Shown: piece after piece, positions 12,992 to 23,100 of the stretch
Layout: each line of letters starts with the position of its first letter
Numbering within the stretch: position 1 is the first letter of the stretch
Source of the DNA: Armatimonadota bacterium
GTDB taxonomy: Bacteria > Sysuimicrobiota > Sysuimicrobiia > Sysuimicrobiales > Humicultoraceae
Assembly (NCBI GenBank): GCA_037443365.1
Contig: JBBIOM010000003.1
Location: 1-64,000 of the forward strand
DNA length: 64,000 bases
Reading direction: 5' to 3'
Position numbers and translations under genes: made by a program
The notes under the pieces: model-generated
The model's database searches: none
Told to the model about the DNA's origin: nothing
Seen by the model: the letters and a program-made list of their open reading frames with translations, nothing else

Positions 12992-13558
12992 CTAGAGCAG
13001 CCGGGCGTCCGCGCCCTCTTCGCCGATCTCGATCAAGGCGCCCGCATTCCGGCCGTTGCCCATGGAGCAGTTGACGACGAGCGTATCGCCCACGCGCGCG
13101 ACCCCGGGAGACTCGTGGACGTGTCCGCAGACCAGCAGGCGGGGACGGTAGCGCGTCAGCAGTTCCAGCACCCTGGGCGAGCCCGCGCGCGTGCGCACCA
13201 TGGTCAGATCGAGGGTGCCCTGCGGCGGTTCGTGCGTGACGAGCACGTCGCAGGCGGCCCGCACGTCCGGTCCCCCGAAGGAGACGCCCTGGATGACGAC
13301 CGGCCCCCCGCTGCCCAGCCCGCCGTCGCGCGCGATCGTGTCGCGCTCGTCAGGTCCGTCCATGTTCCCGGGTGCGGCCAGCACCGGGACCGGCAGCGTG
13401 CGCAGCAGGGCCAATGCCTCTGTCCCCTCGCCCGCGTGAGTGACATCCCCCGACAGCAGTACAACATCCGGAGCGTGCTCGGCGACGAGCGCGCGCACGC
13501 GCGCTACGCGTTCGGGCCGTCCATGGATGTCGGCGAAGGCAAGTATCCGGAGGGGCAT
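12992..13558 (-). CDS. Calcineurin-like metallophosphoesterase (Icc-related)
   Basis: ADIHG, SGD, GNMD, THEPP, CGHVHE; start MPLRILAF. Confidence 0.88.
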   Translation of the reverse strand: MPLRILAFADIHGRPERVARVRALVAEHAPDVVLLSGDVTHAGEGTEALALLRTLPVPVLAAPGNMDGPDERDTIARDGGLGSGGPVVIQGVSFGGPDVRAACDVLVTHEPPQGTLDLTMVRTRAGSPRVLELLTRYRPRLLVCGHVHESPGVARVGDTLVVNCSMGNGRNAGALIEIGEEGADARLL

Positions 13559-13638
13559 CGTCCCAACGATGATACCAGAGCAAGGGAGCGGAAGGCGATG
13601 GTGGAACACTGAGCTGGGGACAGCCTGGGGGTGTCCGC

Positions 13639-14796
13639 GTGGGCGGGATCGTCGTGGGTGCTGACGGACGCGTGTCGCTACCCGCGGAGTACGGCGGGGG
13701 AGAGGTCTTCCTGGAGCCGCGGGAGGGAGGGCTTTCCATCTGGCAGGCCAGGCCGGATGTGCGGGGCGTGTACGTCGAGGTGACGACGCGCTGCAACCTG
13801 GACTGCGCGATCTGCGTGCGCAGGGCCTGGCGCGACCAGGCCGGGGACATGACCCCCGAGACATTCGGCCTGATGGTCGAGCAGCTCGCCGCCTTCCCCG
13901 AGCTGGGGCGCATCACCTTCGGCGGCTACGGCGAGCCGCTTCTGCATCCGCGGATCGTGGACATGGTGGCGCGCGCCGCAAGTACGGGCGCCGGGGTGAC
14001 ACTGGTCACCAACGGGCTGCTCCTCGGCCGACGCATCTCCCTGGCACTGCTGGAAGCCCGCCTCGACACCCTCGTGGTCTCCGTGGATGACGCACACATG
14101 CAGGCGCACGCCAGGGCAGGGATAGCGGACGGCCTGGGGGCGGTGCTGGAGAACGTGCGCGGGATGCGGGATCTTGCGGTGGAACGCGGTTACATGGCGC
14201 CGCGCATCGGGCTGGAGTTCGTGGTGACGCGGGGCAATGTCGACAGGCTCTGCGACCTCCCTGAACTGGCGAAGGCCCTGGGCGCCGGCTTCGCCCTGGT
14301 GACCAACCTGCTGCCCCACACCGCGGAGATGAAGGAGGAGATCATCTACGACCGGGCAGAGCCGCTGTCGGCGCTGGCAGGCTGGCCGGTGCACTCCGGC
14401 GGCTGGCTGCTTTGGGGGATCGCCCGACTCCCGCGCACGAGGTGGGGCGCGGCGCGGCGCTGCCGCTTCGTCGAGGAGCGTGCGCTGGTGATCGGGACCG
14501 ACGGCGCGGTGAGCCCGTGCTACGCCCTGATGCACTCCTACCCATGCTACATATACGGACGCCCGAAGCAGGTAAGCCGCTACGTGCTCGGACGCGCGGC
14601 CGAGCATACGCTGGCCGAGATCTGGATGGGCGAGGAGTACGTGAGGTTCCGTGCCAGGGTGCGGGAGTTCCGCTTTCCCTCATGCGTGGACTGCGGCATG
14701 GCCTGCGCCTATGCCGCGAGCAACGAGGACTGCTGGGGCAACGCGCCCTCCTGTGCCGATTGCCTGTGGGCGCAGGACATCCTGCGTTGTCCCTAG
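13639..14796 (+). CDS. Radical SAM/SPASM protein, tungsten-cofactor oxidoreductase maturase type
   Basis: CNLDCAIC, GGYGEP, C-terminal PSCVDC..C..NEDCWGNAPSCADCLWAQDILRCP; 3.4 kb from aor. Confidence 0.85.
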   Translation: MGGIVVGADGRVSLPAEYGGGEVFLEPREGGLSIWQARPDVRGVYVEVTTRCNLDCAICVRRAWRDQAGDMTPETFGLMVEQLAAFPELGRITFGGYGEPLLHPRIVDMVARAASTGAGVTLVTNGLLLGRRISLALLEARLDTLVVSVDDAHMQAHARAGIADGLGAVLENVRGMRDLAVERGYMAPRIGLEFVVTRGNVDRLCDLPELAKALGAGFALVTNLLPHTAEMKEEIIYDRAEPLSALAGWPVHSGGWLLWGIARLPRTRWGAARRCRFVEERALVIGTDGAVSPCYALMHSYPCYIYGRPKQVSRYVLGRAAEHTLAEIWMGEEYVRFRARVREFRFPSCVDCGMACAYAASNEDCWGNAPSCADCLWAQDILRCP

Positions 14797-14810
14797 GGAG
14801 GGGATCCGCC

Positions 14811-15824
14811 ATGGGAGATGGCTTCGCGCGCGTTCGCGCCGCGGTGGTGCAGGCGGCGCCGGTGATAATGGATCGCGAGGCCACGCTGGAGAAGACCTGC
14901 CGCCTGATTGACGCGGCCGCGTCCCGGGGCGCGCGCCTGATCCTGTTTCCAGAGGCGTTCATACCCGCCTACCCGTGGGGTCTGCGGTTTGGCACGCGTG
15001 TCGGCGGGCGCACCTCGCAGGGCCGGGCCGCGTGGGCGCGCTACTGGGCCAACGCCGTGGAGGTCCCGGGGCCAGGCACCGATGCGATTGGGGAGGCCGC
15101 GCGCCGGGCCGGGGCCTACGTGGCCATAGGCGTGATCGAGCGCGACCAGACCTTCAGCCGCGGAACGGTCTACTGCACGCTGCTCTACTTCGGCCCCGAC
15201 GGACGTCTGCTGGGCAAGCACAGGAAGCTGGTCCCCACGGCCGCCGAGCGGTACATCTGGGGGGGCGGCGACGGCAGCACGCTCCCGGTGCTCGACACGC
15301 CCCACGGTCGGGTGGGAGGCCTGATCTGCTGGGAGAACTACATGCCGCTGGCGCGCATGAGCATGTACGCCAAGGGCGTCGAGATCTACCTGGCGCCCAC
15401 CGCGGACTCGCGCGACTCCTGGCAGGCCACGATCCGTCACATCGCCTGCGAAGGCCGGTGCTTTGTGCTGTCGTGCTGCCAGTACGCGACCGCGTCGATG
15501 TACCCGGACGACCTCGAGGTGCGCGATGAGCTGTCCGGGATGCCCGAGGTCCTCTCGCGCGGCGGCAGTGCGATAGTCGGCCCGCTGGGCGATTACCTGG
15601 CAGGCCCGCTGTTTGGTGAAGAGGGCATACTCACCGCCGATCTCGACCTCGAGCAGGCCGTGCAGGGAAAGTTCGACTTGGACGTGGCCGGCCACTATGC
15701 CCGCCCCGACGTCTTCCGCCTGGTGGTGAACGAGCGGCCGATGCCTCCGGTGGAGACCGCCGGCCCGTGCGGCGCGACCCAGGCCGCGGCAGAACTGCCC
15801 GTTGAGGAGGAACGCCGTCTATGA
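14811..15824 (+). CDS. Nitrilase (carbon-nitrogen hydrolase branch 1)
   Basis: FPEAF, HRKLVPT and ICWENYMPLAR give the E-K-C triad; GHYARPDVF. Start MGDGF after a GGAGG RBS. Confidence 0.92.
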   Translation: MGDGFARVRAAVVQAAPVIMDREATLEKTCRLIDAAASRGARLILFPEAFIPAYPWGLRFGTRVGGRTSQGRAAWARYWANAVEVPGPGTDAIGEAARRAGAYVAIGVIERDQTFSRGTVYCTLLYFGPDGRLLGKHRKLVPTAAERYIWGGGDGSTLPVLDTPHGRVGGLICWENYMPLARMSMYAKGVEIYLAPTADSRDSWQATIRHIACEGRCFVLSCCQYATASMYPDDLEVRDELSGMPEVLSRGGSAIVGPLGDYLAGPLFGEEGILTADLDLEQAVQGKFDLDVAGHYARPDVFRLVVNERPMPPVETAGPCGATQAAAELPVEEERRL

Positions 15825-16645
15825 GCGGCCGGACCGTGATCATAACCGGCGCTTCTAGCGGGATCGGCGCGGCCACGGCCAGGGCGTTTGCCCGCGCCGG
15901 GGACCGCGTCGTGCTGGTTGCTCGAAGGGCGGACCGCCTCGCCGCGCTAGCCGCCGAGCTCCCGGAGAGCATCGCGGTCCCATCTGACGTCACCTGCCCT
16001 GAGGCCGCGGCCCGAATCGTGGCAGCAACGCTCGAGCGCTACGGCGCGATCGACGTGCTGGTCAACAACGCCGGGCTGGGACGGTACGACTGGCTCGAGC
16101 GCCTGCCCGAGGAGGACATCCGCGCCCAGATCGAGGTGAACCTGCTCGCGTCGATCCTCTTGACGCGCGCGGTGCTCCCGGTCATGCAGGCGCAGGGGCG
16201 TGGGACCATCATCAACGTGGGCTCGGTGGCCGGGAAGGTCGCGACCCCCACCATGACGATCTACAATGCCAGCAAGTTCGGCCTGGAGGGGTTCAACGAG
16301 GGGCTGCGCCGCGAGGTGCAACCGCAGGGAATCCACGTCTGCATGATCACGCCCGGGCCGGTCGCCGGCACTGAGTTTAGCGCACGACGAAGAACCAACT
16401 CGCTGCGGGTGACCGTGCCCAAGTGGCTCCGCACCAACACTGAGCGAGTTGCCTCCTCGATAGTGGAGCTTGCCGACCGACCGCGCCGGCGCCGCATCCT
16501 GCCCGGGCTCTACCGCGTTGCGATCGCCCTCAATGCGCTCGCGCCGGCGATCGTGGATCGCCTGATCTCTGGCATGGCACGCCGCGCGCGAGGGAACATT
16601 CCGCCCGGACCAGGCGTAGATCAGGTAGGGAGCGGAAAGGGGTGA
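15821..16645 (+). CDS. Short-chain dehydrogenase/reductase
   Basis: TGASSGIG, NNAG, YNASK. Confidence 0.92.
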   Translation: MSGRTVIITGASSGIGAATARAFARAGDRVVLVARRADRLAALAAELPESIAVPSDVTCPEAAARIVAATLERYGAIDVLVNNAGLGRYDWLERLPEEDIRAQIEVNLLASILLTRAVLPVMQAQGRGTIINVGSVAGKVATPTMTIYNASKFGLEGFNEGLRREVQPQGIHVCMITPGPVAGTEFSARRRTNSLRVTVPKWLRTNTERVASSIVELADRPRRRRILPGLYRVAIALNALAPAIVDRLISGMARRARGNIPPGPGVDQVGSGKG

Positions 16646-17172
16646 TTGTGATGGGAGCGCGGTATCGCATTACCGGTGTGTTGCTGGCCGCAATGCTTCT
16701 TGTGCCTGCCTGGGCTGCGCTGGCCGAGCCACAGGTGGGGCCGCCGCCCAAGCCGAAGCCCGGGCCGACGGCGAGGATGCCGGGGCCCGGCACGATTGTG
16801 CGCCAGGGAGACGCCTACTGCTTCGACCGCCCGGCGACGCTCGGCAACATCGCCGTGGCCGGCGGCCGGTGCTACACGTTCTACCTGCTGCGCAACTCCG
16901 CCGGCAGTTTCCTGGGATTTGGCCCTCCGGGCCCTCCCATGATTCCTCCCGGGCAGATCGTTCGACTGAACACCCCGGCTGGCGCCAAGATGAACGGCCG
17001 GCTGTTCTACACCGTGCCTCTGCCCAGGCCGATCACGACCATTCCCATAGGATCCATGCGCTTCGCCGACGTGCGCATCGTATGGGAAGGGGGAAGGTTC
17101 GTATTCCACGTCCTCGGGATCACCGAAGAGGCAAACCAGCGGGATCTCGAGATGCCCTTCATGCAGCGCTAG
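16642..17172 (+). CDS. Secreted hypothetical protein, Pro-rich N-terminus
   Basis: Signal peptide ending ALA; two Cys; GTGA overlap with the SDR stop. Confidence 0.65.
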   Translation: MIVMGARYRITGVLLAAMLLVPAWAALAEPQVGPPPKPKPGPTARMPGPGTIVRQGDAYCFDRPATLGNIAVAGGRCYTFYLLRNSAGSFLGFGPPGPPMIPPGQIVRLNTPAGAKMNGRLFYTVPLPRPITTIPIGSMRFADVRIVWEGGRFVFHVLGITEEANQRDLEMPFMQR

Positions 17173-19142
17173 CGCAGCGTGGGGATCTCCTCGACCGCCT
17201 GCGGGTTCTCTAGAGAGGAGATGTCGCCCGGGTCCAATCCCAGGTAGCGGGCACGGATGACGCGGCGCATGATCTTGGCGTTGCGCGTCTTGGGTAGGTC
17301 GCGCACGAACCGGATATCCTCAGGGGCCAGGGCCTTGCCCAGGTGCGCCGCAGCCGCCTGCTTCAGTTCCTGGCGCAGTTCCTCGCCGGGCTCGTGTCCG
17401 GGCCGCAGCACCGCGAAGCAGACGACCACCTCGCCCTTTATCTCGTGAGGCACCCCGATCGCCGCGGCCTCGGCCACGGCCGGGTGCGCTGTCAGCGCCG
17501 ACTCCACCTCGGCCGGCCCGATGCGCTTGCCCGCGATGTTCAGGGTGTCGTCGCTACGGCCCAGTATGAACCAGAAACCGTCCTCGTCCGCGCGCACCCA
17601 GTCGCCGTGCACCCAGACCCCGGGCCACCTGGACCAGTACGTTTCGACATAGCGGTCCGGATCGCGCCAGAATCCCCGCGTCATGCCGGGCCACGGCTGG
17701 GTGAGCACCAACTCGCCCACAGCGCCGCGCACCGGGCGGCCGCGCTCGTCGTAGACATCGGCGGCCATGCCCGGGATGGGCCCGGTGAACGCCGCCGGCG
17801 CCTGCGGATGCAGCGGATCGCAGCACAGGATCCCGCCTGAGATCTCGGTGCCGCCGGAGTAGTTCATTATCGGGCAACGCCTGCCGCCGATGTGCTCGAA
17901 GTACCACTGCCAGGACTCGGGGTTCCAGGGCTCACCGGTGCTGCCCAGGACGCGCAGGCTGCCCAGGTCGTGACGCCGCACCGGCTCAGGGCCGTGCCGC
18001 ATCAGCGCGCGGATCGCCGTGGGCGAGATGCCCAGCGTGGTCACGCGGTGGCGCTCGACCATCTCCCAGAGGCGATCCGGACCCGGGTGATCGGGCGTAC
18101 CATCGTAGAGGAACATCGCCGCCCCCAGCCACAGCGTGCCCAGTATCAGCCAGGGTCCCATCATCCAGCCGATGTCGGTGTACCAGAAGACGCGGTCGCC
18201 CGGGCCGACGTCGAAGCAGTACGCCATGTCCATTGCGCCCTTGAACGGGAATCCCATGTGGACGTGCACGGTGCCCTTGGGCCGGCCGGTCGTGCCCGAG
18301 GTGTAGATGATCATGTAGGGATCTTCGGGATCCATGGGCTCGGCCGCGGCCGCGTCGGGACGGTCGCGTACCAGGTCGTCCCACCAGAGGTCGCGGCCCT
18401 CGGTCCAGGGTGTCGGGATCCCCAGGCGCCGGACCACGATCACGTTCCGGATGTTCGGCACCAGGTCGGCGGCCTGATCCGCGGTGCGCTTCATCTCGAC
18501 GGTCACTCCGCGCCGCTGGAAACCGTCGGCCGTGATGAGCAGCTTAGCCCCGCAGTCGGCCAGGCGCGTGGCCACCGACGGGGCTGCGAAGCCCGAGAAG
18601 ATCGGCACGTAGATCGCGCCGATGCGCGACAGCGCCAGCGTCGCGATGACCGTCTCCGGAATAAGCGGCATGAAGACCCCGGCCACGTCCCCGCGGCCGA
18701 TTCCCATCGCCCGCAGCGCCGAGGCGAAGCGGCATACCTCGGCCTGCAACTCCGCGTAGGTGAGCGTGCGCGTGCCGCCGTCCTCGCCCTCCCAGATAAC
18801 GGCCGTGCTGCCGCCTGCGCCGGTGTCGAGGTGACGGTCGAGGGCGTTGTCCGTGAGGTTGGTCAGGCCGCCAGCAAACCAGCGGGCCCATTCAATCCCG
18901 CGCGAGGTATCCAGCACGCGATCGTATGAACGCATCCATCGCAGCCCCAGATCGGCGGCCACCTCGCCCCAGAACCACGCGGGGTCCTCGATCGAGCGGC
19001 GGTAGAGATCGTCGTAGTCGCGCAGGCCCTGGCGCTCGATGAAACGCTGCAGGCGGCAGACCCGCGCCCAGGCAGGGTCGGGTGTCCAGACGATAGGGTT
19101 CGGGGTTCCCGGAGGGCTGTTGGCGGCGTCACGGGTGGGCAT
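17169..19142 (-). CDS. Acetyl-CoA synthetase-like AMP-binding enzyme
   Basis: [42 protein letters not shown]. Confidence 0.93.
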   Translation of the reverse strand: MPTRDAANSPPGTPNPIVWTPDPAWARVCRLQRFIERQGLRDYDDLYRRSIEDPAWFWGEVAADLGLRWMRSYDRVLDTSRGIEWARWFAGGLTNLTDNALDRHLDTGAGGSTAVIWEGEDGGTRTLTYAELQAEVCRFASALRAMGIGRGDVAGVFMPLIPETVIATLALSRIGAIYVPIFSGFAAPSVATRLADCGAKLLITADGFQRRGVTVEMKRTADQAADLVPNIRNVIVVRRLGIPTPWTEGRDLWWDDLVRDRPDAAAAEPMDPEDPYMIIYTSGTTGRPKGTVHVHMGFPFKGAMDMAYCFDVGPGDRVFWYTDIGWMMGPWLILGTLWLGAAMFLYDGTPDHPGPDRLWEMVERHRVTTLGISPTAIRALMRHGPEPVRRHDLGSLRVLGSTGEPWNPESWQWYFEHIGGRRCPIMNYSGGTEISGGILCCDPLHPQAPAAFTGPIPGMAADVYDERGRPVRGAVGELVLTQPWPGMTRGFWRDPDRYVETYWSRWPGVWVHGDWVRADEDGFWFILGRSDDTLNIAGKRIGPAEVESALTAHPAVAEAAAIGVPHEIKGEVVVCFAVLRPGHEPGEELRQELKQAAAAHLGKALAPEDIRFVRDLPKTRNAKIMRRVIRARYLGLDPGDISSLENPQAVEEIPTLR

Positions 19143-19298
19143 GGCACCGCCATTGTAGGGTTAGGATTCCGCCCCGCGCAAGATCGCCTGGCTGCGTCCC
19201 GGCGAGTCCGTCAGAGGGATACGGCCCTCCGTCGAAGAAATCGCAATCTCGCGGCATGGCGCGCCAGGCCGCGCACCGCCCAGAGAGGAGAAGCAGGA

Positions 19299-19775
19299 TT
19301 GAAGGTTACGATCACGACCAACGGCGTCACCGCCACACATGACGTGGAACCCAGGCTCCTGCTCGTGCACTACCTGCGCGATGTGTTGGGTCTGACCGGA
19401 ACGCACATCGGGTGTGACACGACCAGCTGCGGGGCATGCACGGTCATGCTGGACGGCCTGGCCGTGAAGTCGTGCACGGTGCTGGCCGTGCAGGCCGACG
19501 GCGGCGAGATCCTGACGGTGGAGGGCCTGGCCAGGGACGGGCGGCTCCACCCGATCCAGGAGGCCTTTTGGGAGGAGCACGCGCTGCAGTGCGGGTTCTG
19601 CACGCCGGGCATGATGATGACAGCGCTGCAGATCATCGAGCGCCATCCCGAACCCACGGACGAGGAGATCCGCCGCGGCCTGGAAGGGAACCTGTGCAGG
19701 TGCACCGGGTACCACAACATCGTGAAGGCCATCCATCGCGCGGCGCGGGAGATGGCCGCGAACCCCTCCGGATAG
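19299..19775 (+). CDS. coxS: CoxS/XdhS-type (2Fe-2S) small subunit, stand-alone
   Basis: [29 protein letters not shown]. Confidence 0.9.
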   Translation: MKVTITTNGVTATHDVEPRLLLVHYLRDVLGLTGTHIGCDTTSCGACTVMLDGLAVKSCTVLAVQADGGEILTVEGLARDGRLHPIQEAFWEEHALQCGFCTPGMMMTALQIIERHPEPTDEEIRRGLEGNLCRCTGYHNIVKAIHRAAREMAANPSG

Positions 19776-19802
19776 ATCCAGGCGAGCATCGTCAAGCAGG
19801 AG

Positions 19803-19822
19803 ATTCGCCCGGTACGGCGAAT
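19803..19822. promoter_or_regulatory. Inverted repeat ATTCGCC-N6-GGCGAAT, possible TetR operator or hairpin
   Basis: Perfect 7-bp arms about 30 nt upstream of the TetR start. Confidence 0.3.
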
Positions 19823-19849
19823 GGCGCGGAAACACCGAGAAGTTGAAGG

Positions 19850-20527
19850 GTGATTCACCTGCCAAATCGCCGCCGGCCGGTTACCCATCCCAAGGGCGAG
19901 CGGGGAAGGCGCACCAGGCAACTGCTCCTGGACGCCGCCGAGGTGGAGTTCGGCCAGCGCGGCTACTTCGCCACGTCGGTGGCGGACATCACGCGCCGCG
20001 CACGGGTGGCGCAGGGCACCTTCTACGTCTACTTCCCGGGCAAGCGGGAGATCTTCGCCGAGCTGGTGCGCCACCTCAGCCGGACGCTGCGCCACACGAT
20101 TCAAATGGCGGTGGCCGGCACCGGGGACCGCCTTGCCGTCGAACGTAAGGGTTTCGAGACCTTCCTCCGGTTCGTCGCCTCCCACCGCAACCTCTACCGC
20201 ATCGTGCTGCAGGCCGAGTCCGTGAACCCGCCTGTCTACCGATGGTACTATCGGCGCCTGGCCGAGGGGTACGTGCGGGGACTGTCCGCGGCGATGGACG
20301 CCGGCGAGATCCGGCGCACCGACCCCGAGGCCCTGTCGTATTGCCTGATGGGAATAGGGAACTTCATCGGGATGCGCTACTCGCTGTGGAACCGGGCCGG
20401 CCTGCCGCGGCGCGCGCTGGAGAGCATGTTCGAGTTCATCGCCTCGGGCCTGGCGCCCGCGCCGGCTTCGACGAGCGCGGGACGACGGCCGGGAAGCGGC
20501 GCTCAGCGGCAGGGCGGCGGATCATGA
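19850..20527 (+). CDS. TetR/AcrR family transcriptional regulator
   Basis: HTH TSVADITRRARVAQGTFYVYFPGK. Confidence 0.93.
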   Translation: MIHLPNRRRPVTHPKGERGRRTRQLLLDAAEVEFGQRGYFATSVADITRRARVAQGTFYVYFPGKREIFAELVRHLSRTLRHTIQMAVAGTGDRLAVERKGFETFLRFVASHRNLYRIVLQAESVNPPVYRWYYRRLAEGYVRGLSAAMDAGEIRRTDPEALSYCLMGIGNFIGMRYSLWNRAGLPRRALESMFEFIASGLAPAPASTSAGRRPGSGAQRQGGGS

Positions 20528-21534
20528 TCCCGCCGGTGGGCATCGTGGATGTGGCGGTCTACCTTCCGGCTCAGACGATGAGCGCCGAGGAGATCGCCCA
20601 TCGGTCCGGAATCCCGGCCGAGGTCGTGCGGGAGAAGTTCGGCCTGAGCGGCAAGCGCATCGCCGCCCCAGACGAGCACCTCTCGCACCTGTGCATCGAG
20701 GCCGCACGCCCCCTCCTCTCGGCGATACCCGCCGAGGAGATCGACGTCGTCATCTACTTTGGGAGCTATCACCGGGACTACTACGTCTGGCCGGTGGCCC
20801 CGCGCATCCAGCACGCCCTGGGGCTCCGGCAGGCGCACGTATTCGAGCTGATGAACACCAGCGCTGGCGGGCCGATCACCCTGAAGGTGGCGGCGGACAT
20901 GCTGCGGGCCGACGCGACGCTCCGGAATATCCTGCTCGTGGCCGGGTCCCGCGAGTCCTACCTCCTGGACTACAAGAACGCTCGCTCGCGGTTCATGTTC
21001 AACTTCGGCGACGGCGCCGCGGCCGCCCTGCTCCGGCGTGGACATGCCGCGAACCGCATCCTGGGCGGCGCGTTCCTCACCGAGGGCGCGTTCGCAATGG
21101 ACGTCATGGTGCCGGCCGGTGGTTCGGTGCACCCCCCGAGCATCGAGACGGTCGCACGCGGCATGCACTCGTTCGACGTCCCGGATCCCGCAGGGATGAA
21201 GGCGCGCCTCGACCCGCTGACCATTGCCAACTTCCTCCGGGTCATCCGAGGCGCCTGCGAGCGCAGCGGGTGTGACCCGGGGGCGATCGGGTTCCTGGCG
21301 GTGCTGCACACCAAGCGGTCGCTCCATGACCAATTGCTGGGGGCGCTGGGCCTGCGCGAGGACCAGTCGGTCTACCTGGAGGAGACCGGGCACATCTCCG
21401 CAGCCGATCCCCTGGTAGCCCTGCACGAGGGCCGCCGGACCGGCCGGCTGAGGGACGGCATGCTGGCCGTGGCGGTGAGCGCCGGCACCGGCTACTCATG
21501 GGGCGCGGTGGCCATCCAGTGGGGTGATGGCTGA
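20524..21534 (+). CDS. 3-oxoacyl-ACP synthase III (FabH)-like protein with Ser at the catalytic Cys position
   Basis: GIVDVAVYLP, FELMNTSAG, FMFNFGDGAAA, LHTKRS, TGHISAAD, AGTGYSWGA. ATG at 20524. Confidence 0.85.
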   Translation: MIPPVGIVDVAVYLPAQTMSAEEIAHRSGIPAEVVREKFGLSGKRIAAPDEHLSHLCIEAARPLLSAIPAEEIDVVIYFGSYHRDYYVWPVAPRIQHALGLRQAHVFELMNTSAGGPITLKVAADMLRADATLRNILLVAGSRESYLLDYKNARSRFMFNFGDGAAAALLRRGHAANRILGGAFLTEGAFAMDVMVPAGGSVHPPSIETVARGMHSFDVPDPAGMKARLDPLTIANFLRVIRGACERSGCDPGAIGFLAVLHTKRSLHDQLLGALGLREDQSVYLEETGHISAADPLVALHEGRRTGRLRDGMLAVAVSAGTGYSWGAVAIQWGDG

Positions 21535-23096
21535 TGCAGGGGATCTGGCACTGGCTCGACCAACGCGACCTCATCACACCTCGCCGCCTGGCCGTCGTGG
21601 ATGGCGATCGGCGGTTCACCTACCGCGAGCTGGCCGCGCGGGTGCGGGGGTTGAGCGCGGGGCTGCGCCGGCGCGGGATCGGCAGGAGCGACCGCGTTGC
21701 GGTCCTCGCGTTCAACCGGGTCGAGTACCTGGAAGCGTTGTTCGCGCTGGCGCGCCTGGGCGCGATCATGGTGCCCCTCAACTGGCGCCTGACCCCACCG
21801 GAACTGGCCGTACAGCTCGCCGACAGCGCGCCTTCGCTGATGATCGCCGATGCCGAGCACCGCGATCTGGCCTTATCGGCCGCGGCGGAGTCGCGTCTTG
21901 CTCTGCCCCTGATCCTGATCGGGGACGAGTACGAGGACGCCGTGCGCACGCCGCCGGATGATGACGCCCCGGGCGCCTTCGACGATCCGCTCATCATCAT
22001 GTACACCTCGGGCACCACCGGCCGGCCCAAGGGCGCGGTGCTGACCCAGGGCACGCAGCTCTGGAACAGCCTCAACATCGGCACGGCGATCGGGCTCACC
22101 TACCGCGACGTCACCCTGACGGTTCTGCCCATGTTCCACATCGGCGGGCTGGGGCTCTACGCGCTGCCCACCCTTCACGTAGGGGGCCGCTTGGTCATCC
22201 AGCGCACATTCGATCCCGAGGAGACCTGCCGCCTGCTGCGCGACGAAGGCGTCACCGCGATGTTCGGGGTGCCGGCGATCTACCAGGCGCTGCTGCAGAC
22301 GCCCTCCTTCGGCCAACGCGACCAGAGCGGCGTGCGGTTCGGCGTGGGCGGCGCACCGTGCCCGCTCCCGGTGCTCGAGGCGTTTGAGCAGCGCGGCCTG
22401 CTGCTCCAGCAGGGCTTCGGACTGACCGAGACCGCGCCCACGGCCACGCTCCTGCCGCCTGAGGACGCGTACCGCAAGAAGGGCTCTGTGGGCCCGCCGA
22501 CCCTGCACGTAGAGGCGCGCGTGGTGGACGATGCAGACCGCGACCTGCCGCCCGGAGAGATCGGCGAGATCTGCCTGCGCGGCCCCAACCTCTTCGCGGG
22601 CTACTGGGGGCTGCCCGAGGCCACGGCCGAGGTGCACTCGCCGCCTGCGCGGCCTGATGATCCGGCGGCGCAGGGGCGCGGCGCTTCAGGCGGCGACTAC
22701 CGTGGGTGGTGGTTCCACACCGGTGACCTGGGCTACGCCGACCGGGAGGGATTTCTGTACATCGCCGACCGCAAGAAGGACATGATCATCTCGGGCGGCG
22801 AGAACATATACCCCGCTGAGGTGGAGCAGGTCCTCTACCAGCATCCGGCGGTCGCGGATGTGGCCGTGATCGGCATCCCTGACGCCCGATGGGGCGAGGC
22901 CGCAATGGCGATCGTCGTGCTCAAGCCCGGTGCTGCGACCACGCCGGAGGAGATCACCGCCGCCTGCGGGGGCCGGTTGGCCCGATACAAGATCCCCCGG
23001 CGTGTGGCGTTTGTCGAGGCGCTGCCGCGCAACGCCGCGGGCAAGGTGCTCAAGCGCGTGCTCCGCGAGACCTACGGGAAGGTCGGGGAGGGGTAG
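21534..23096 (+). CDS. Acyl-CoA ligase (FadD/MenE-like AMP-binding enzyme)
   Basis: [46 protein letters not shown]. Confidence 0.93.
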   Translation: MQGIWHWLDQRDLITPRRLAVVDGDRRFTYRELAARVRGLSAGLRRRGIGRSDRVAVLAFNRVEYLEALFALARLGAIMVPLNWRLTPPELAVQLADSAPSLMIADAEHRDLALSAAAESRLALPLILIGDEYEDAVRTPPDDDAPGAFDDPLIIMYTSGTTGRPKGAVLTQGTQLWNSLNIGTAIGLTYRDVTLTVLPMFHIGGLGLYALPTLHVGGRLVIQRTFDPEETCRLLRDEGVTAMFGVPAIYQALLQTPSFGQRDQSGVRFGVGGAPCPLPVLEAFEQRGLLLQQGFGLTETAPTATLLPPEDAYRKKGSVGPPTLHVEARVVDDADRDLPPGEIGEICLRGPNLFAGYWGLPEATAEVHSPPARPDDPAAQGRGASGGDYRGWWFHTGDLGYADREGFLYIADRKKDMIISGGENIYPAEVEQVLYQHPAVADVAVIGIPDARWGEAAMAIVVLKPGAATTPEEITAACGGRLARYKIPRRVAFVEALPRNAAGKVLKRVLRETYGKVGEG

Positions 23097-23100
23097 GCCT

